Source of the DNA: an uncultured delta proteobacterium
Lineage (GTDB): Bacteria > Desulfobacterota > Zymogenia > Zymogenales > Zymogenaceae
DNA: 64,000 nucleotides
Assembly: GCA_963735595.1 (NCBI GenBank)
Contig: CAVTLK010000002.1
Location: 32,001 to 96,000, forward strand
Reading direction: 5' to 3'
The position numbers and the translations under genes were made by a program. This document shows, piece after piece, positions 1-11,906 of the stretch (its first letter is position 1; every line of letters starts with the position of its first letter). Under the pieces are notes generated by a model. The model made no database searches. It was not told the DNA's origin and saw only the letters and a program-made list of their open reading frames with translations.

Positions 1-2
1 AT

Positions 3-107
3 GTCGACTACAACGAAAAACTCTTCGATGCGGCCTACATTCAGGAAATTGCCCCCTTCGGCTCGGTTGGGGTCGGATTGGCGTTGAGAAGGGTGGGTGA
101 CCGATGA
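3..107 (+). CDS. pilM: Type IV pilus assembly protein PilM, C-terminal end (5'-truncated by window)
   Basis: Frame 3 reads VDYNEKLFDAAYIQEIAPFGSVGVGLALRRVGDR*; the GLALR ending is typical of PilM and the stop overlaps the pilN ATG. Confidence 0.8.
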   Translation, partial: VDYNEKLFDAAYIQEIAPFGSVGVGLALRRVGDR

Positions 108-722
108 TAAAGATAAATCTCCTTGCTACCCGGGAGCTAAAGAAGAGGGATACGTTCCAGCAGCAGATAGTGCTGTTCGTCTTGTGTCTTCTGCTGGGTG
201 TGGGGGGTATTGCGTACGTACACATTAATATTAACAAGAAGATAAAGGACCGTCGAGACGGAAGATGAGAACGTCAAGAAAGAGCTGGCGACTGGCAAGC
301 CTCAAGAAAGAGGTCGGCGACCTCAATGAATACAAGAAAAAGACCGAAGATCTTGAGAGCAAACGGAATATCATCAATACGCTCGAAATCGGACGCAACG
401 GACCGGTTCACCTCATGGATGAGTTTTCGCAGGCAATGCCCCAGGCAATCTGGATGATGAATTTACCCTCAAGGGAGATTCGCTTTCGGTGAGGGGATAC
501 GCCTCCGATAACGAGACGATAGCGACATTTATGATGAACCTTACCAATCGGCCTTATTTTACCTGCGTGAACCTTGTTCGAAGCGAAAAAACGACATCGG
601 GAGGGCTCACCGTTAACCGTTTTACCCTTACGATGAAGATAAAGTACCCCGGCACCGAGAAACCGGTGGAAAAGAAAGAAGAGAAGAAAAAGGAAGAGAA
701 GACCGAAGAGAAAGAGGCGTAA
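104..722 (+). CDS. pilN: Type IV pilus assembly protein PilN (two apparent frameshifts)
   Basis: ATG at 104 gives MIKINLL plus a TM helix; continues in ORFs 265..492 and 489..722; position between pilM and pilO. Confidence 0.85.
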
Positions 723-758
723 CGAAAAGTACGCTGACAGATAGGATAGGAGTACGGG

Positions 759-1331
759 ATGGCCTTTTCGCCCGAAATGATTAAGAAGCTCCCCACGCAA
801 TATAAGGCCCTCATCCTCATCGGTACGCTGGCCTTAATGGGTGCAGGCTACTATTTCGGCGTCTATACCGGAAAGCAGGACGAACTAAATAAACTAAACG
901 AAGAGCTTAATAGCCAAAAAAAGGAGCTTCAGAAACTCGAGGATACAAAAAAGAACCTCGTGGCATATAAGGCCAAGGTCAGCGAACTTGAAGCCGAGTT
1001 GAATCTCCTTTTGGTGCAGATTCCCAAGAGCTCCGAGATACCGGGAATACTCTCGAACGTTTCAACAAAGGGAAGAGAGTCGGGGTTGACATTTCTCCTT
1101 TTCCAGCCGGACAAAGAGGCAAAGAGCAAGGACAAGAAATATACAGAGGTTCCGGTTAGTATCCGCGTTGAGGGCACCTACCAGAGCTTTGCGGTTTTCC
1201 TGGACAAGGTGCGCAGACTTGAGCGAATCATCAACATCAGGGACATCTCGATGAAGAAAAAGGCGGTCAGGGAATCAAACATTATTCTCGAGATTTCGTG
1301 TAAGGCGGTTACGTTTAAGTTCTCCGAATAA
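759..1331 (+). CDS. pilO: Type IV pilus assembly protein PilO
   Basis: N-terminal TM, coiled coil, IPKSSEIPGIL, VEGTY and RLERIINI motifs; operon position. Confidence 0.9.
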   Translation: MAFSPEMIKKLPTQYKALILIGTLALMGAGYYFGVYTGKQDELNKLNEELNSQKKELQKLEDTKKNLVAYKAKVSELEAELNLLLVQIPKSSEIPGILSNVSTKGRESGLTFLLFQPDKEAKSKDKKYTEVPVSIRVEGTYQSFAVFLDKVRRLERIINIRDISMKKKAVRESNIILEISCKAVTFKFSE

Positions 1332-1336
1332 CTAAG

Positions 1337-2321
1337 ATGGAATCGGTATTGAAAAAAAGAAACTCTTTCTTCTGTGTTATTTTAATCGGCTCATTGTCCA
1401 TGGCGTCGGGTTGTTCCGACCTCGCGGACAAGTATGGCGACCTTTTGCCCGGCTTTCTTAAATCGGAAGAGAAGAAGGAAGAGCCGGTAGTACACAAGCT
1501 CAAACCAACCGAGGAGATACGCAGCTCTATACCGGCGTTTACTCCGAGTGCGGTGGTGCCTGTCGGAGAGGAAGCGGGCGTGCCCGGCAAACCCGGTCCG
1601 GGAGGATCGATAGTTCCCGATAAGGACGGGGTCAAAGGGTCCCCTGCCCTGCCGGAGAAACAACCGCCCGGTACGGAAACGGCAAAGAAACCGGGAGAAA
1701 AGGCGACCCCGCCCGCGGGGCTCGATAAAAACGGGAAACCCGCCGGGCCAGATATAAACGGGACAGCGGATAAGACCAACGGAAAAACTAAACCGGCCAC
1801 ACCTGCCGAAGGGACAAAAACTCCGCCGGCGACGCCCGATAAACCGTCGACCGACAAGGCCGCGGGAGGCGGTGCGGCCGCAGGGGAAGATATCGCAATA
1901 TTGGCCCTCGTACCGGGGGCAGGCGGCCCAACGCTATCGCCCACGAAACCGGTGGATTCCCTCATGGACAAGGAATATACCTATGATCCAACCGGGAAAA
2001 GGGACCCGTTCAGGCCCTTTAACCTGAAGGTGGAGAAGAAAGTCAGAGGTCCCCCCGGAGGCACTGACCCCGTTGCAGCGATATAACCTTTCGCAGCTCA
2101 AGCTGACGGCAATAATATATGACTCGGAAAAAGGGACGGGTATCGCTATGGTGGAAGCACCGGATAAAAAGGGTTATAACATCATTGTCGGCTCGGAAAT
2201 CGGCGGCGGAAGAGTAGTGCGAATCACCGAGACCGACGTGCAGGTCGAGATGAGCTATGAAGATTTCTACGGAAATACCGAAAAGAGAATTGAGACGTTA
2301 AAGATTGCGGGAGGAAAATAG
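1337..2321 (+). CDS. pilP: Type IV pilus lipoprotein PilP with long Pro/Lys/Gly-rich linker (one apparent frameshift near 2070)
   Basis: Lipobox-like SMASGC, YTYDPTGKRDPFRP, then QRYNLSQLKLTAII...AMVEAPD in ORF 2073..2321. Confidence 0.85.
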
Positions 2322-4794
2322 ATGAATAGGTCACCGTTAAATGTATCGGTTTGTTATTCCTCCTCTATGATGATACATATCGCCGATACAAGGGTGTGTC
2401 ACCGGCACAACGCAGCCGGTTTCCGGGGGACCGTCACCGGTAAATACGGTCGCTGCTGGATTCAATCCAGGAATTAGACGACCGTGTGATTATGACTCTT
2501 TCCGGCAATGCCGAACTGAACTATACCCCCTATCGCCTTGAATCCCCGCTCAGGCTCGTCATCGATATTCCTGATGCTGCATTCGACAAGCCGGAAAAAG
2601 ACGTTGTCGTCGGGAGCGATACGATCAGCAAGATATCGAAGCTTGATATGACGTCGGACGGCAAGAACCTCGCCCGTCTCGAGATCTATCTGACCGAGGA
2701 CACCAATTACTTTGTTGCCAAGCCGTCCGATTATCAGATTCGGGTCGAGATACAGAAACTTTCGGCGGCAGTCGTTACGGAATCGACGCCCGAACAGCCC
2801 GCCTCAACCCCCACGACGACGTATCCTCCTGCCACCAAGATCATCAATGTCGTGGCAGACGATGAGGCCGACGGTACAATGGTCACGATTCTGGCCGACG
2901 GCGGTGTTGAGAACTTCGAGTCCTTTGTCCTTGAGAGCCCGTACCGATTGGTCGTGGATATCAAGGGACTGACCAATACCTATCCCGAGCAAAGAGATAA
3001 AGAGTCAAGCGGCTCCGATATCAGGGTTATCAGAATCGGTACGTACCCGGATAAGACACGGGTGGTTATGGAGTCGGTGCTGCCGGACAAGATCAATACG
3101 TATAATGTATTTCCCCTGGACAATAAGCTGATGATTTCGTTCAGGAAGGCCGGCGAGATGGTGCTTGGGTCGATTCCAGCCGTCTGTGCCCAAGGAGAAA
3201 CGCCGTCGGCCCCGGCCCAGCCCGCCGGGGAGACTCCCGGTAACGGAAATCGGACCGATGACGGGATACGGCCAGGCCCCCGAAACCCCGGTCTCGACAC
3301 CGGCCACACTTCCGGGAGAGACCACGCGGACCGTTGAATCGACGGTCGTTGCACCCGGTATGGAACCGACTCCCGACCGGGACCGTACCTCTGATGAAAA
3401 GGTCTATACGGGAAAACCGATGACCCTGATCTTCAGTAACGCCAAGGTCAAGGACCTCATCAATCTGATTGCCGAGTTTTCGAATGTGAGTATCGTCATC
3501 AAACCCGAGGTTCCCAACGATCTGACGCTTTCGCTGAGGCTCAAGAAGGTCCCGTGGGATCAGGCTCTGGATTTGATCGTGAGCCTGTCCGGGACTGGGC
3601 ATGGTGCAGCGGGGCAATGTTATCATCGTGACGACCAAGGCCAAGCTGAATGAAGAGATTCAGAGCGAGTATAAGTTCAAGAAGAATCTCGAAGACGACG
3701 AACCGCTGGTGACCCGACAGGTCAACGTCATATACCGTCAGAACCCGGCCCCGACCACCCGGTACGACAACAACAACGACCACCACCGACCGGCACGACC
3801 GTTGATATCGTTTCTGCGATCACTAATGCAAAGATGCTCAGCACGCGCGGATCGATCGCCTGGGCGCCTTCAGGGGACATGATCATCGTGACCGATACGC
3901 AGGGAAGGGTCGATAAAATAATCGAGATGGTCCATCTCTTGGATACGCCGGAAAAGCAGCCGGAAGTGCGAATCGAGGCGCGGATCGTCGAGATGAACGA
4001 TACGTTCGAACAAGATCTGGGAATTAAGTGGGTTGCCGGTTACAACGGCGACAACGGGGGCACCATCAAGAGCGCCATCGGAACGCTGGACGCCACCAAT
4101 CTGAACAATGGCGGCTTTTTTGACGCGGCAACGACGATCTTTCCGCAGCTTCCGCTAACGGCGCTCAACGCCTACGGCGGCGCCGGTGCGATGATCGGCC
4201 TGCTGGACGGTGCGCTGCGTCTGGATATCGAGCTCCATGCCCTGGAGAGCCTCGGCGAGGCACAGATCATCGAGTCCCCGAAGGTGCGGGTTCTCAACAA
4301 TGAAACGGCGACCCTTGAAATAACCACGAGTATTCCCGAGAGCAATCTACCCACGGAGGATAGACCGACGAGACCGGAAACGTCACCATTACCTCGCAGA
4401 TCGAGTATAAGGACTTTGACAACCAAGCTCGTCATCACTCCGACGGTGAATCCCGATAATACCATCAAGCTCGATCTGGACCTCACCCACAACACGCAGG
4501 GCGAGCCGGTCTCCCTGACCAACGAGGCCGGTATTGAAAATATCTACTATACGGAGTTCAAGAAGAATCTCATTACGAAGGTGTCTGGTCGACAACCGCG
4601 ACACGATCGTTATCGGCGGGCTCTATCGGAAACAAAGCAACACCCTGAAGGAGGGCCTTCCCGCCCTCAAGGATATCCCCCTTCTCGGGTGGCTCTTCAA
4701 GACCAGAGAATATAACCGATAATCGGCGAGAGCTTCTGATCTTCATAACGCCGACGATCGTCGGAGCGAGGATGAAGCCAAGGCCGAAAAGTAG
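2322..4794 (+). CDS. pilQ: Type IV pilus secretin PilQ with two AMIN domains (several apparent frameshifts; ends approximate)
   Basis: [11 protein letters not shown] and [15 protein letters not shown] repeats, [40 protein letters not shown] and RELLIFITP motifs spread over ORFs 2486..3337, 3165..3653, 3601..3882, 3834..4715, 4534..4722. Confidence 0.9.
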
Positions 4795-4868
4795 TACAAT
4801 ACGGTAATACCGTTTATTCAGTGCACCTGATATTCATCAGGTGCACGTTTTTTTTAGAGACAGTGCCT

Positions 4869-6025
4869 ATGTTTACATTTTCGTCAGCGGGAGAATCACA
4901 CGGACCGTCCGTCGTGGCGTTGGTCTCGGGGATACCGGCAGGCTTCGTCGTTGGTCCTGAGGTGATCGACGAACAACTGAAGCGGCGCCAGAAGGGGTAC
5001 GGAAGGGGGGGCGGATGGATATCGAGACCGACCGGGTCCGAGTCCTATCGGGCATCAGGGGAGGGGTGACCACCGGCAGCCCCATTGCGCTCATGATAGA
5101 GAATCGGGATTATGATAACTGGAAGGCCTATATGGATCCCGGGAAAATCTCGCCCGGGCGCGAAGTCACCCGCCCCGCCCCGGACATGCGGACCTGGCCG
5201 GAGCGGAATGAAATACGACCACCGGGACATGCGAAACGTCCTCGGAACGCGCCAGCGCCCGGGAGACGGCGGCGCGGGTCGCCGCGGGGGCGGTAGCCCG
5301 GGCAATACTTGCCGATTTCGATATCCGCCTTTACGGGTACGTCCTGGCGATCGGGGGGATATCGGTTGATCCCGGTGATATTCCCGTACGATACCAGGCA
5401 GCAGAACGCCCAGAAGTCTCCGTTTTCAACCCCGATACCCGATAAAGATGACGAGCTCATGTCGCTGGTCGATCGGACGCGACAGGCCGGCGATACCCTC
5501 GGCGGGGTCGTCGAGGTCGTTGCAACGGGAATTCCCGTCGGGTTAGGCGGGTACGATCGGTGGGACGCGCGCATAGACGGGAGGCTCGCCCAGGCAGTTA
5601 TGAGCATTCCCGCGATTAAGGGGGTGGAAATCGGGGACGGGTACCGGCTCGCGGATGTACCGGGTTCGCGGGCCCACGACGAGATCCTGTATCAAGAGCA
5701 AAAAGGATTCTACCGGCAAACGAATCACGCCGGCGGACTGGAGGGAGGGGTAACCAATGGACAACCCCTCGTTATCCGGGCGGCAATGAAGCCGATACCG
5801 ACTCTCATGAGCCCGTTGAGATCGGTCGATATCGACACGAAACAGCAGGTCTCGGCCGCGGCCGAGCGAAGCGACGTGTGCGCCGTGCCGGCGGCCGCGG
5901 TCGTCGTGGAAGCGATGATTGCGTTGACGCTGATCGGTGCGTTTCTCGAAAAATTCGGAGGGGACTGCCGCCGCGATATCCATGCCTCGTTAGACTCGTA
6001 CGCCGAGAGGATACTCGGCAGGTGA
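4869..6025 (+). CDS. aroC: Chorismate synthase (apparent frameshifts)
   Basis: [38 protein letters not shown] and [11 protein letters not shown] motifs across ORFs 4821..5069, 5015..5296, 5309..6025. Confidence 0.93.
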
Positions 6026-6561
6026 TGGAACCAAATCTGGTACTCGTCGGGTTTATGGGCACCGGGAAAACCGAGGTCGGAAAGGTCGTCTCGGAACGCT
6101 TGGGCAGGACTTTCGTCGATATCGATGACCAGATAATCCAGTCGGCCGGAATGACGATCAACGAGATATTCAAACAGCACGGAGAGGATCGTGTTTAGAG
6201 AGATCGAATCGGGCATAATCAAGAAATTCTCGAAGTTACAGGGATCTGGTCATCTCAACGGGCGGAGGTTCGCTGTTGAAGATGGAAAACGTGCAGAACC
6301 TCAAACATAGCGGTGTACTCGTCTGCCTGACGGCCTCTCCCGAGGAGATTACCCGGCGCGTTGCCGACGACCGGCATCGGCCGCTCCTTAACGTACCGGA
6401 TCGGGTCGCCGTCGTGCGGGAGATGATGGAAAGGCGCAGCCTATCGTATCAGGTTCTCAGACGTTACGGTCGATACGGACGGCAAGAGCGTCGATGCCGC
6501 CGTCCAGGAGGTTCTCGACGGCTATTGGAGGTATCTGGGGGAATGGAAAGGGTCACGGTAG
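6025..6561 (+). CDS. aroK: Shikimate kinase (apparent frameshifts)
   Basis: LVGFMGTGKT P-loop, FVDID, STGGG and RPLL motifs; ATG overlaps the aroC stop. Confidence 0.9.
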
Positions 6562-7605
6562 AGCTCGGCGATCGGAGCTATCCAATTCTCATCGGATCCG
6601 GAATTCTTATCGGCGATCGGCGGCTATCTGCCGATCGGCGACGTCTATATCCTCACCAACCCGCCGGTCGATCGGCTGTACGGCGGAGTAGTACGAGACG
6701 CTGTCGAGAGGGCGGGGGCCACGGCTCATACCATCATCGTACCCGACGGCGAGACGTCGAAGGATTTCACGCACCTTCACGAGGTATACGACGAGTTGTT
6801 ACGCAGCGGGGCGCAGCGCAAGACGCCGCTTATCGCGTTGGGCGGCGGTGTAATCGGGGACCTGGGAGGCTTTGCCGCGGCGACATTCATGCGTGGGATA
6901 CCCTTTGTGCAGATCCCGACGACCCTTCTTGCGCAGGTTGATTCCTCCGTAGGCGGCAAGACCGCAGTGAACCATCCCCGCGGTAAGAACCTCATCGGCG
7001 TCTTTTATCAGCCGAGGTTCGTGTTCATCGATATAGACACCCTCTGCACGCTCCCGCGGGACGAATTCCTCTCCGGACTGGCGGAGGTCCTTAAGTACGG
7101 GATTGTCCTGGATCGCGCGTTGTTCGAGCTGCTCGAGAACAAGAGAGAAGAAATCCTCAGCCAGAAGCGCGAGGAACTCATTACGATTATCAAGAGGTCC
7201 GTCCAGATCAAGGCGGATGTTGTGCGTCAGGATGAGCGGGAGGCAGGACTGCGCAGCGTGCTCAACTTCGGCCACACTATCGGGCATGCCGTGGAGAAGC
7301 TCGTCGGATATGGGAGCATCAGACACGGCGAGGCGGTGGCAAAGGGCATGGCGTTTTCCGTAAACCTTTCCCAAAATATGGGGATTATCTCGTCGGTAGA
7401 CCGGGACAGGATTATCGCCCTCTTGTCAGCCTACGGCTTTGAGCTTTCAATTCCGAGGTTCGGGCAGGCCGACTACCGTCATGCCCTCATGGTGGACAAA
7501 AAATCCGATGGAACGACAATAAATTTCGTCCTTAGCGAAGGTATCGGTCGTTTTATCTTGAAAAATGTATCTGTCTTAGATATACTTGATTTCATTGAAC
7601 AATAG
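6543..7605 (+). CDS. aroB: 3-dehydroquinate synthase (apparent frameshifts in 5' part)
   Basis: MERVTVELGDRSYPI start; GGGVIGDLGGF, PTTLLAQVDSSVGGKT, LNFGHTIGHA and HGEAV motifs. Confidence 0.95.
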
Positions 7606-7614
7606 GGGTCCTAT

Positions 7615-9145
7615 ATGGCAGACGAGAGAGAGAATATCAGGCCTCCTGAGAAGTCTCTCACGCCCGGAGCAAAAGCCGGTCGCAGAAGGCCGTTACCCCG
7701 GCCCCGCCGCAGAAAGAGGTCCCTATCGGTTTTGGGATCGTAACGCCCGAGATGGAGCGGTACCGGGCGATGATTGCCAAAGACCCGAATTCGCGGGTGT
7801 TTGCGGCCCTGGCCGAGCTTTACAGAAAGGCGGGTATGCTCGATGAGGCCGTCAGGCTCTGCTGGAGCGGGACGAAGGCCCATCCGAAATACATGAGCGG
7901 GCGGGTAGCCCTTGCGAGGGCCTATGCGGACAAGGGGATGATAAAGGAGGCGAAAGAGGAAGTACTCACGGTCGTCTCTATTACGCCCGACAATATCCTG
8001 GCCAATAAGATTCTGGGGGAGATCCACCTGTTGGAGGGAGATACCGTCCAGAGGCCGTTGAGAGCTTTATCAAGGTACTCGCGCTTGCCCCCGATGACGC
8101 GGAGGCCAAAGAGAAGCTCATTGAAGTCGGCAACGACCCCGATAAACCGGTTCAGGCAGCGCAGGAGACGGAAGAAATACTTGAGGGCGAGATCCTCGAG
8201 GAGGTGGCCGAGTACGCGCCCTCCGAGATTATCGAAGACGCCATGCCCACCGGACAGGGCGGAGAGACCGCCCGAGAGCCACGGCGGGATCCCGCCCTCC
8301 GGGGAAGACCCCCGACCGGCAGAGCCGAACGGATTCGGGAGGCAGGAGACCTCGACATACCGCTTGAGGACGATGGCTCTCTGGACGATCTGTTTGACCG
8401 ACGAAACCGGCGGAGACGTGCCGGAAAGTGAGCGTATGCGAGGAATCGAGCGGGAGTATCGAAGGCGATCGCGCAAGGGTGAAGGGGATCTCTGGGAAGT
8501 TGAGCAGGAGCAGGAGCAGTCCCGACCGAGACGCCGTCGGTTACGCCCCGGATGACGAATCGGAATTAGAGTCGGATCGAGATACTACAGGACGGCGATA
8601 TCGACATTGAGGGAGACCAGGAACTGGTGGATGAGTTCGGTATCTGGAAGAAGAAGAGGGGGAGATAACCGTAGAAGGGCTCGACAACGCTCGTCAACCG
8701 GCCGGCCGGGCCCCCGGCGGCGCGCCGCAAAGCCACGGCCCTCGAAAAAACCGTTGAACCGGGCAAACGTCGGCCATCGGATGAGGTCACAGAAGGACCG
8801 GAGGGCGAAGATGCAGCCCCTGATGCCCAGGGGGTGACTATAACCACGGAGACTATAGCCGATATCTACGTAAAGCAGGGCTATTTCGACAAGGCGCTGT
8901 CCGTCTATGAGGAGCTCTTGGGGGTCTACCCCACGAGGGACTCACTCAAGCAGAAGATCGCCTTTGTCAAGAATAAGATGAGGGAAGGCCGGCGACGATC
9001 ATCAGAGCGGCCAACGACACCGATTGAGGGAGAGGACTGGACGTCACGGCGGTGTCCCTGAAATCGCCGGTGACCGAAACTCAGAATAACGTCGAGAGTC
9101 TCAATCGGTGGCTCGTATCGATTAGAAAGATTACGTCGTTTTTAG
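7615..9145 (+). CDS. TPR-containing protein with acidic central region (multiple apparent frameshifts; ends approximate)
   Basis: DPNSRVFAALAELYRKAG TPR (7752..), acidic low-complexity middle, C-terminal TETIADIYVKQG and LNRWL motifs; usual neighbour of aroB in deltaproteobacteria. Confidence 0.7.
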
Positions 9146-9408
9146 CGGCGACGGGTAAACCCCGCAGTCCTTCCGCAGGTAGGACCACCGCCGAGGGTTT
9201 TTAGTAGCCGGGCAATCAGCTATAAGGGAGAAATACGCGAAGAGCGTACGGTCTTCTTTTTTGTTGTTTTCCTTTATCCGTGCGTATCGGACGGGTTATT
9301 ACTGTAAAGCATGGCAGGCAGATTTCTCATTTGCCGTGGATCGGACCGGCCAAACGATACGACAGGCGATAAAGCGAATTCCGGATCATAGACCGGACGG
9401 CGTTGTGT

Positions 9409-9771
9409 ATGATAGATTTTAAGACCGTACTGAAGGAAGTCATCAGGGCGATTCCCGGAAGCCTTGTCGCCATGGTTATCGGGAGAGACGGGTTAATCGT
9501 GGAATCGTATCAGAACACCACTATCGGTCTTGATCGGGAGGTAATCGGGGCGGAGTACGCCGGTGTCGTATCGGAGGTACATAAGCAGATATCGATTCTT
9601 AAGCTGGATGATCTTAAAGACGTAACCGTATGCTCGGACATGTTTACGGTTGTCGCCCATATCATATCGCATGATTACTACTTCGTAGTCTTTCTCAATT
9701 CACAGGCGAACGAAGGTCTTGCCCGGTATAAGACCCGGATCTATTCCCTCAAGCTTCGCGAGCTGATGTGA
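9409..9771 (+). CDS. Roadblock/LC7 domain protein (MglB/MglC-like)
   Basis: About 120 aa, VIGRDGLIVE and NEGLARY motifs; synteny before aroQ/efp. Confidence 0.75.
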   Translation: MIDFKTVLKEVIRAIPGSLVAMVIGRDGLIVESYQNTTIGLDREVIGAEYAGVVSEVHKQISILKLDDLKDVTVCSDMFTVVAHIISHDYYFVVFLNSQANEGLARYKTRIYSLKLRELM

Positions 9772-9790
9772 CGTTCAAGGGCGAGTGCTC

Positions 9791-10246
9791 ATGGACATAC
9801 TGATCATAAACGGTCCGAATCTTAATATGCTCGGGAAGCGGGAGCCGGCAGTATACGGGAATGTCTCGTATGACGAGCTTGTTAATATGATACACCAGTG
9901 GTCCGATTCCCTTGGGACATCCGTCCGGGTCTTTCAATCCAACAGCGAGGGAGAGATCATTGATACGATCCAGGAAGCACGAGGCTGCGACGGGATCATC
10001 ATTAACGCCGGCGGTTATACACATACCTCGGTCGGTGTCCGAGACGCCCTGTTATCGGTAGGTCTTCCCGTTATTGAGGTTCACCTCTCTAATATATTTT
10101 CCCGGGAGGAATTCAGGAAAAGGTCGTTCATATCCGATATCGCCGTCGGCGTTATCACGGGTTTCGGTGCAACCGGTTACCGCCTCGCTCTCATCGCCCT
10201 GCATGAACACCTCACCGCGAAGAAGCATGTCAAAGACAAGAATTGA
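9791..10246 (+). CDS. aroQ: Type II 3-dehydroquinate dehydratase
   Basis: NGPNLNMLGKREP, QSNSEG, HTSV and EVHLSN motifs. Confidence 0.96.
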   Translation: MDILIINGPNLNMLGKREPAVYGNVSYDELVNMIHQWSDSLGTSVRVFQSNSEGEIIDTIQEARGCDGIIINAGGYTHTSVGVRDALLSVGLPVIEVHLSNIFSREEFRKRSFISDIAVGVITGFGATGYRLALIALHEHLTAKKHVKDKN

Positions 10247-11297
10247 TCGATTAATGGGAACCCTCTCGCGTCTGGGGCTTTCCGGGATTATTATTACCGA
10301 CATGAAGAATATCCGGTACTTTTCCGGTTTTACGGGTAGTGACGGTGTCCTGGTGGTTTGCGAAAACGGCGGTACATTTCTTACCGACGGCCGCTATACA
10401 ACCCAGGCCACCGGCGAGGTTACCTCGTTTTCCGTCAAGGAATACCGCAATAAGATTGACGGTATAACCGACGAGGTTCGTGCGTTGAAGATTAAGCGGA
10501 TCGGAATTGAATCCCGCGTGCTGCCCCTCTTTCTCTTCACGACTATCAAGTCGCGCCTGCCCGGACGAAAGGTCCTCCCGATAGAAGAAGATCTGGCGCT
10601 CATGCGGATGATAAAGGACGACGATGAGATAGACGCCCTCAGGCAGGCGATCAGGATTTCGGAGGAATCATACGCGGAAACGGCATCCTATATTACAGCG
10701 GGCGGCCGTGAGGACATAATTGCCGTCGAGCTCGAATACCGGATGAAAAAGAAGGGATCCGGCGTGCTTCCGTTTCCAATAATCGTGGCCGCGGGCACAA
10801 ACGGGGCGCTCCCGCACGCCCATGCGGGAAACCGGATGATAAAGCCCGGAGATCTGGTAACGATTGATTTCGGCGCGCAGTACCAGGGTTATCACTCCGA
10901 TCAGACCGTTACCGTCATGATTGGGACAGACGGTGCAAAACAACGGGAGGTCTATGACGTGGTGCAGGGGGCTCAGCGGCGGGCGATCGAGGCCGTCAGA
11001 CCCGGCACGCCGGTGCGGGAGGTGGATACAATCGCCAGGGACTATATCGCCGAGCGTGGGTATGGGAGCTATTTTACTCATGGCACCGGCCACGGTGTGG
11101 GTCTGGACATTCACGAGCCGCCCAGGATCAGCCCGCTTGGCGAGGAAGTCCTCGAGGAGGGTATGGTCGTCACGGTGGAGCCGGGTATTTATATTCCCGG
11201 CTGGGGAGGAGTTCGTATCGAGGATATGGTTCTGGTAACGCATACCGGCCCTCGCGTGTTGACAACGATTCCCAAATCGTTTAAAGTGATCGCTTAA
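10227..11297 (+). CDS. Xaa-Pro aminopeptidase/dipeptidase, M24 family
   Basis: TDGRY, ALPH, DFGA...SDQT, HGTGHGVGLDIHE, VEPGIY and GVRIED motifs. Confidence 0.93.
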   Translation: MSKTRIDRLMGTLSRLGLSGIIITDMKNIRYFSGFTGSDGVLVVCENGGTFLTDGRYTTQATGEVTSFSVKEYRNKIDGITDEVRALKIKRIGIESRVLPLFLFTTIKSRLPGRKVLPIEEDLALMRMIKDDDEIDALRQAIRISEESYAETASYITAGGREDIIAVELEYRMKKKGSGVLPFPIIVAAGTNGALPHAHAGNRMIKPGDLVTIDFGAQYQGYHSDQTVTVMIGTDGAKQREVYDVVQGAQRRAIEAVRPGTPVREVDTIARDYIAERGYGSYFTHGTGHGVGLDIHEPPRISPLGEEVLEEGMVVTVEPGIYIPGWGGVRIEDMVLVTHTGPRVLTTIPKSFKVIA

Positions 11298-11323
11298 CGT
11301 TATTTTCTCAAGGAGCTACGTAG

Positions 11324-11887
11324 GTGTATTCAACAGCGGAGTTCAGGAAGGGACTTAAGATTGAACTGGACGGAAAGCCCTATATCATAGTTGATTTTCA
11401 ACACGTGAAACCCGGCAAGGGTGGAGCATTCGTTCGGACACGGCTCAAGAGCCTGGTAACCGGAGCGGTGCTGGAGAAAACTTTTCGCTCGGGTGAAAAA
11501 GTGGACAAGCCCCGTCTCGAAGAGAAGCATATGCAGTATCTGTACCGTGATTCGGACGGGTTTCACTTCATGGATACGGACACGTACGATCAGGTCTTCA
11601 TTACCCAGGATCATGTGGGGGATTCCGCCGATTTTCTTTCTGAGGGGTTGGAACTCATGGTGCTCTACCACGATGACACGCCGATCTCCCTGGAGCTCCC
11701 CACGTTCGTCGAGCTTCCGATAGCAAAGACGGAACCCGGTGTAAAGGGTGATACCGCAAGCGGAGGGACGAAACCCGCCCGCCTCTCGACCGGACGGGTA
11801 GTGCAGGTGCCTCTCTTTGTGAACGAAGGTGACGTTCTCAAGGTGGATACGAGGACCGGCGAATATATCGAGCGGGTTTCGAAATAG
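11324..11887 (+). CDS. efp: Translation elongation factor P
   Basis: HVKPGKGGAFVR, PGVKGDT, VPLFV and GEYIER motifs; GTG start after AGGAG. Confidence 0.98.
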   Translation: MYSTAEFRKGLKIELDGKPYIIVDFQHVKPGKGGAFVRTRLKSLVTGAVLEKTFRSGEKVDKPRLEEKHMQYLYRDSDGFHFMDTDTYDQVFITQDHVGDSADFLSEGLELMVLYHDDTPISLELPTFVELPIAKTEPGVKGDTASGGTKPARLSTGRVVQVPLFVNEGDVLKVDTRTGEYIERVSK

Positions 11888-11906
11888 AATCAGAGAGGGG
11901 CCGCGC

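Noticed and set aside
490..492. TGA in pilN (and TAG at 6196 in aroK) as recoded stops
   Set aside because: Protein similarity continues in a different frame, so these are frameshift products rather than read-through
6276..6941. Apparent AroK-AroB fusion ORF
   Set aside because: Artefact of a frameshift near 6455; aroB has its own ATG at 6543 and the aroK tail ends at 6561 in another frame
104..9145. Pseudogenes or programmed frameshifting in pil/aro genes
   Set aside because: Breaks are scattered 1-nt shifts with intact motifs and fade along the window; sequencing error is more parsimonious
9146..9400. c-di-GMP-type riboswitch before the roadblock gene (GGGTAAACC)
   Set aside because: The GNRA-loop P2 and GACGCAAAG-like elements are not present
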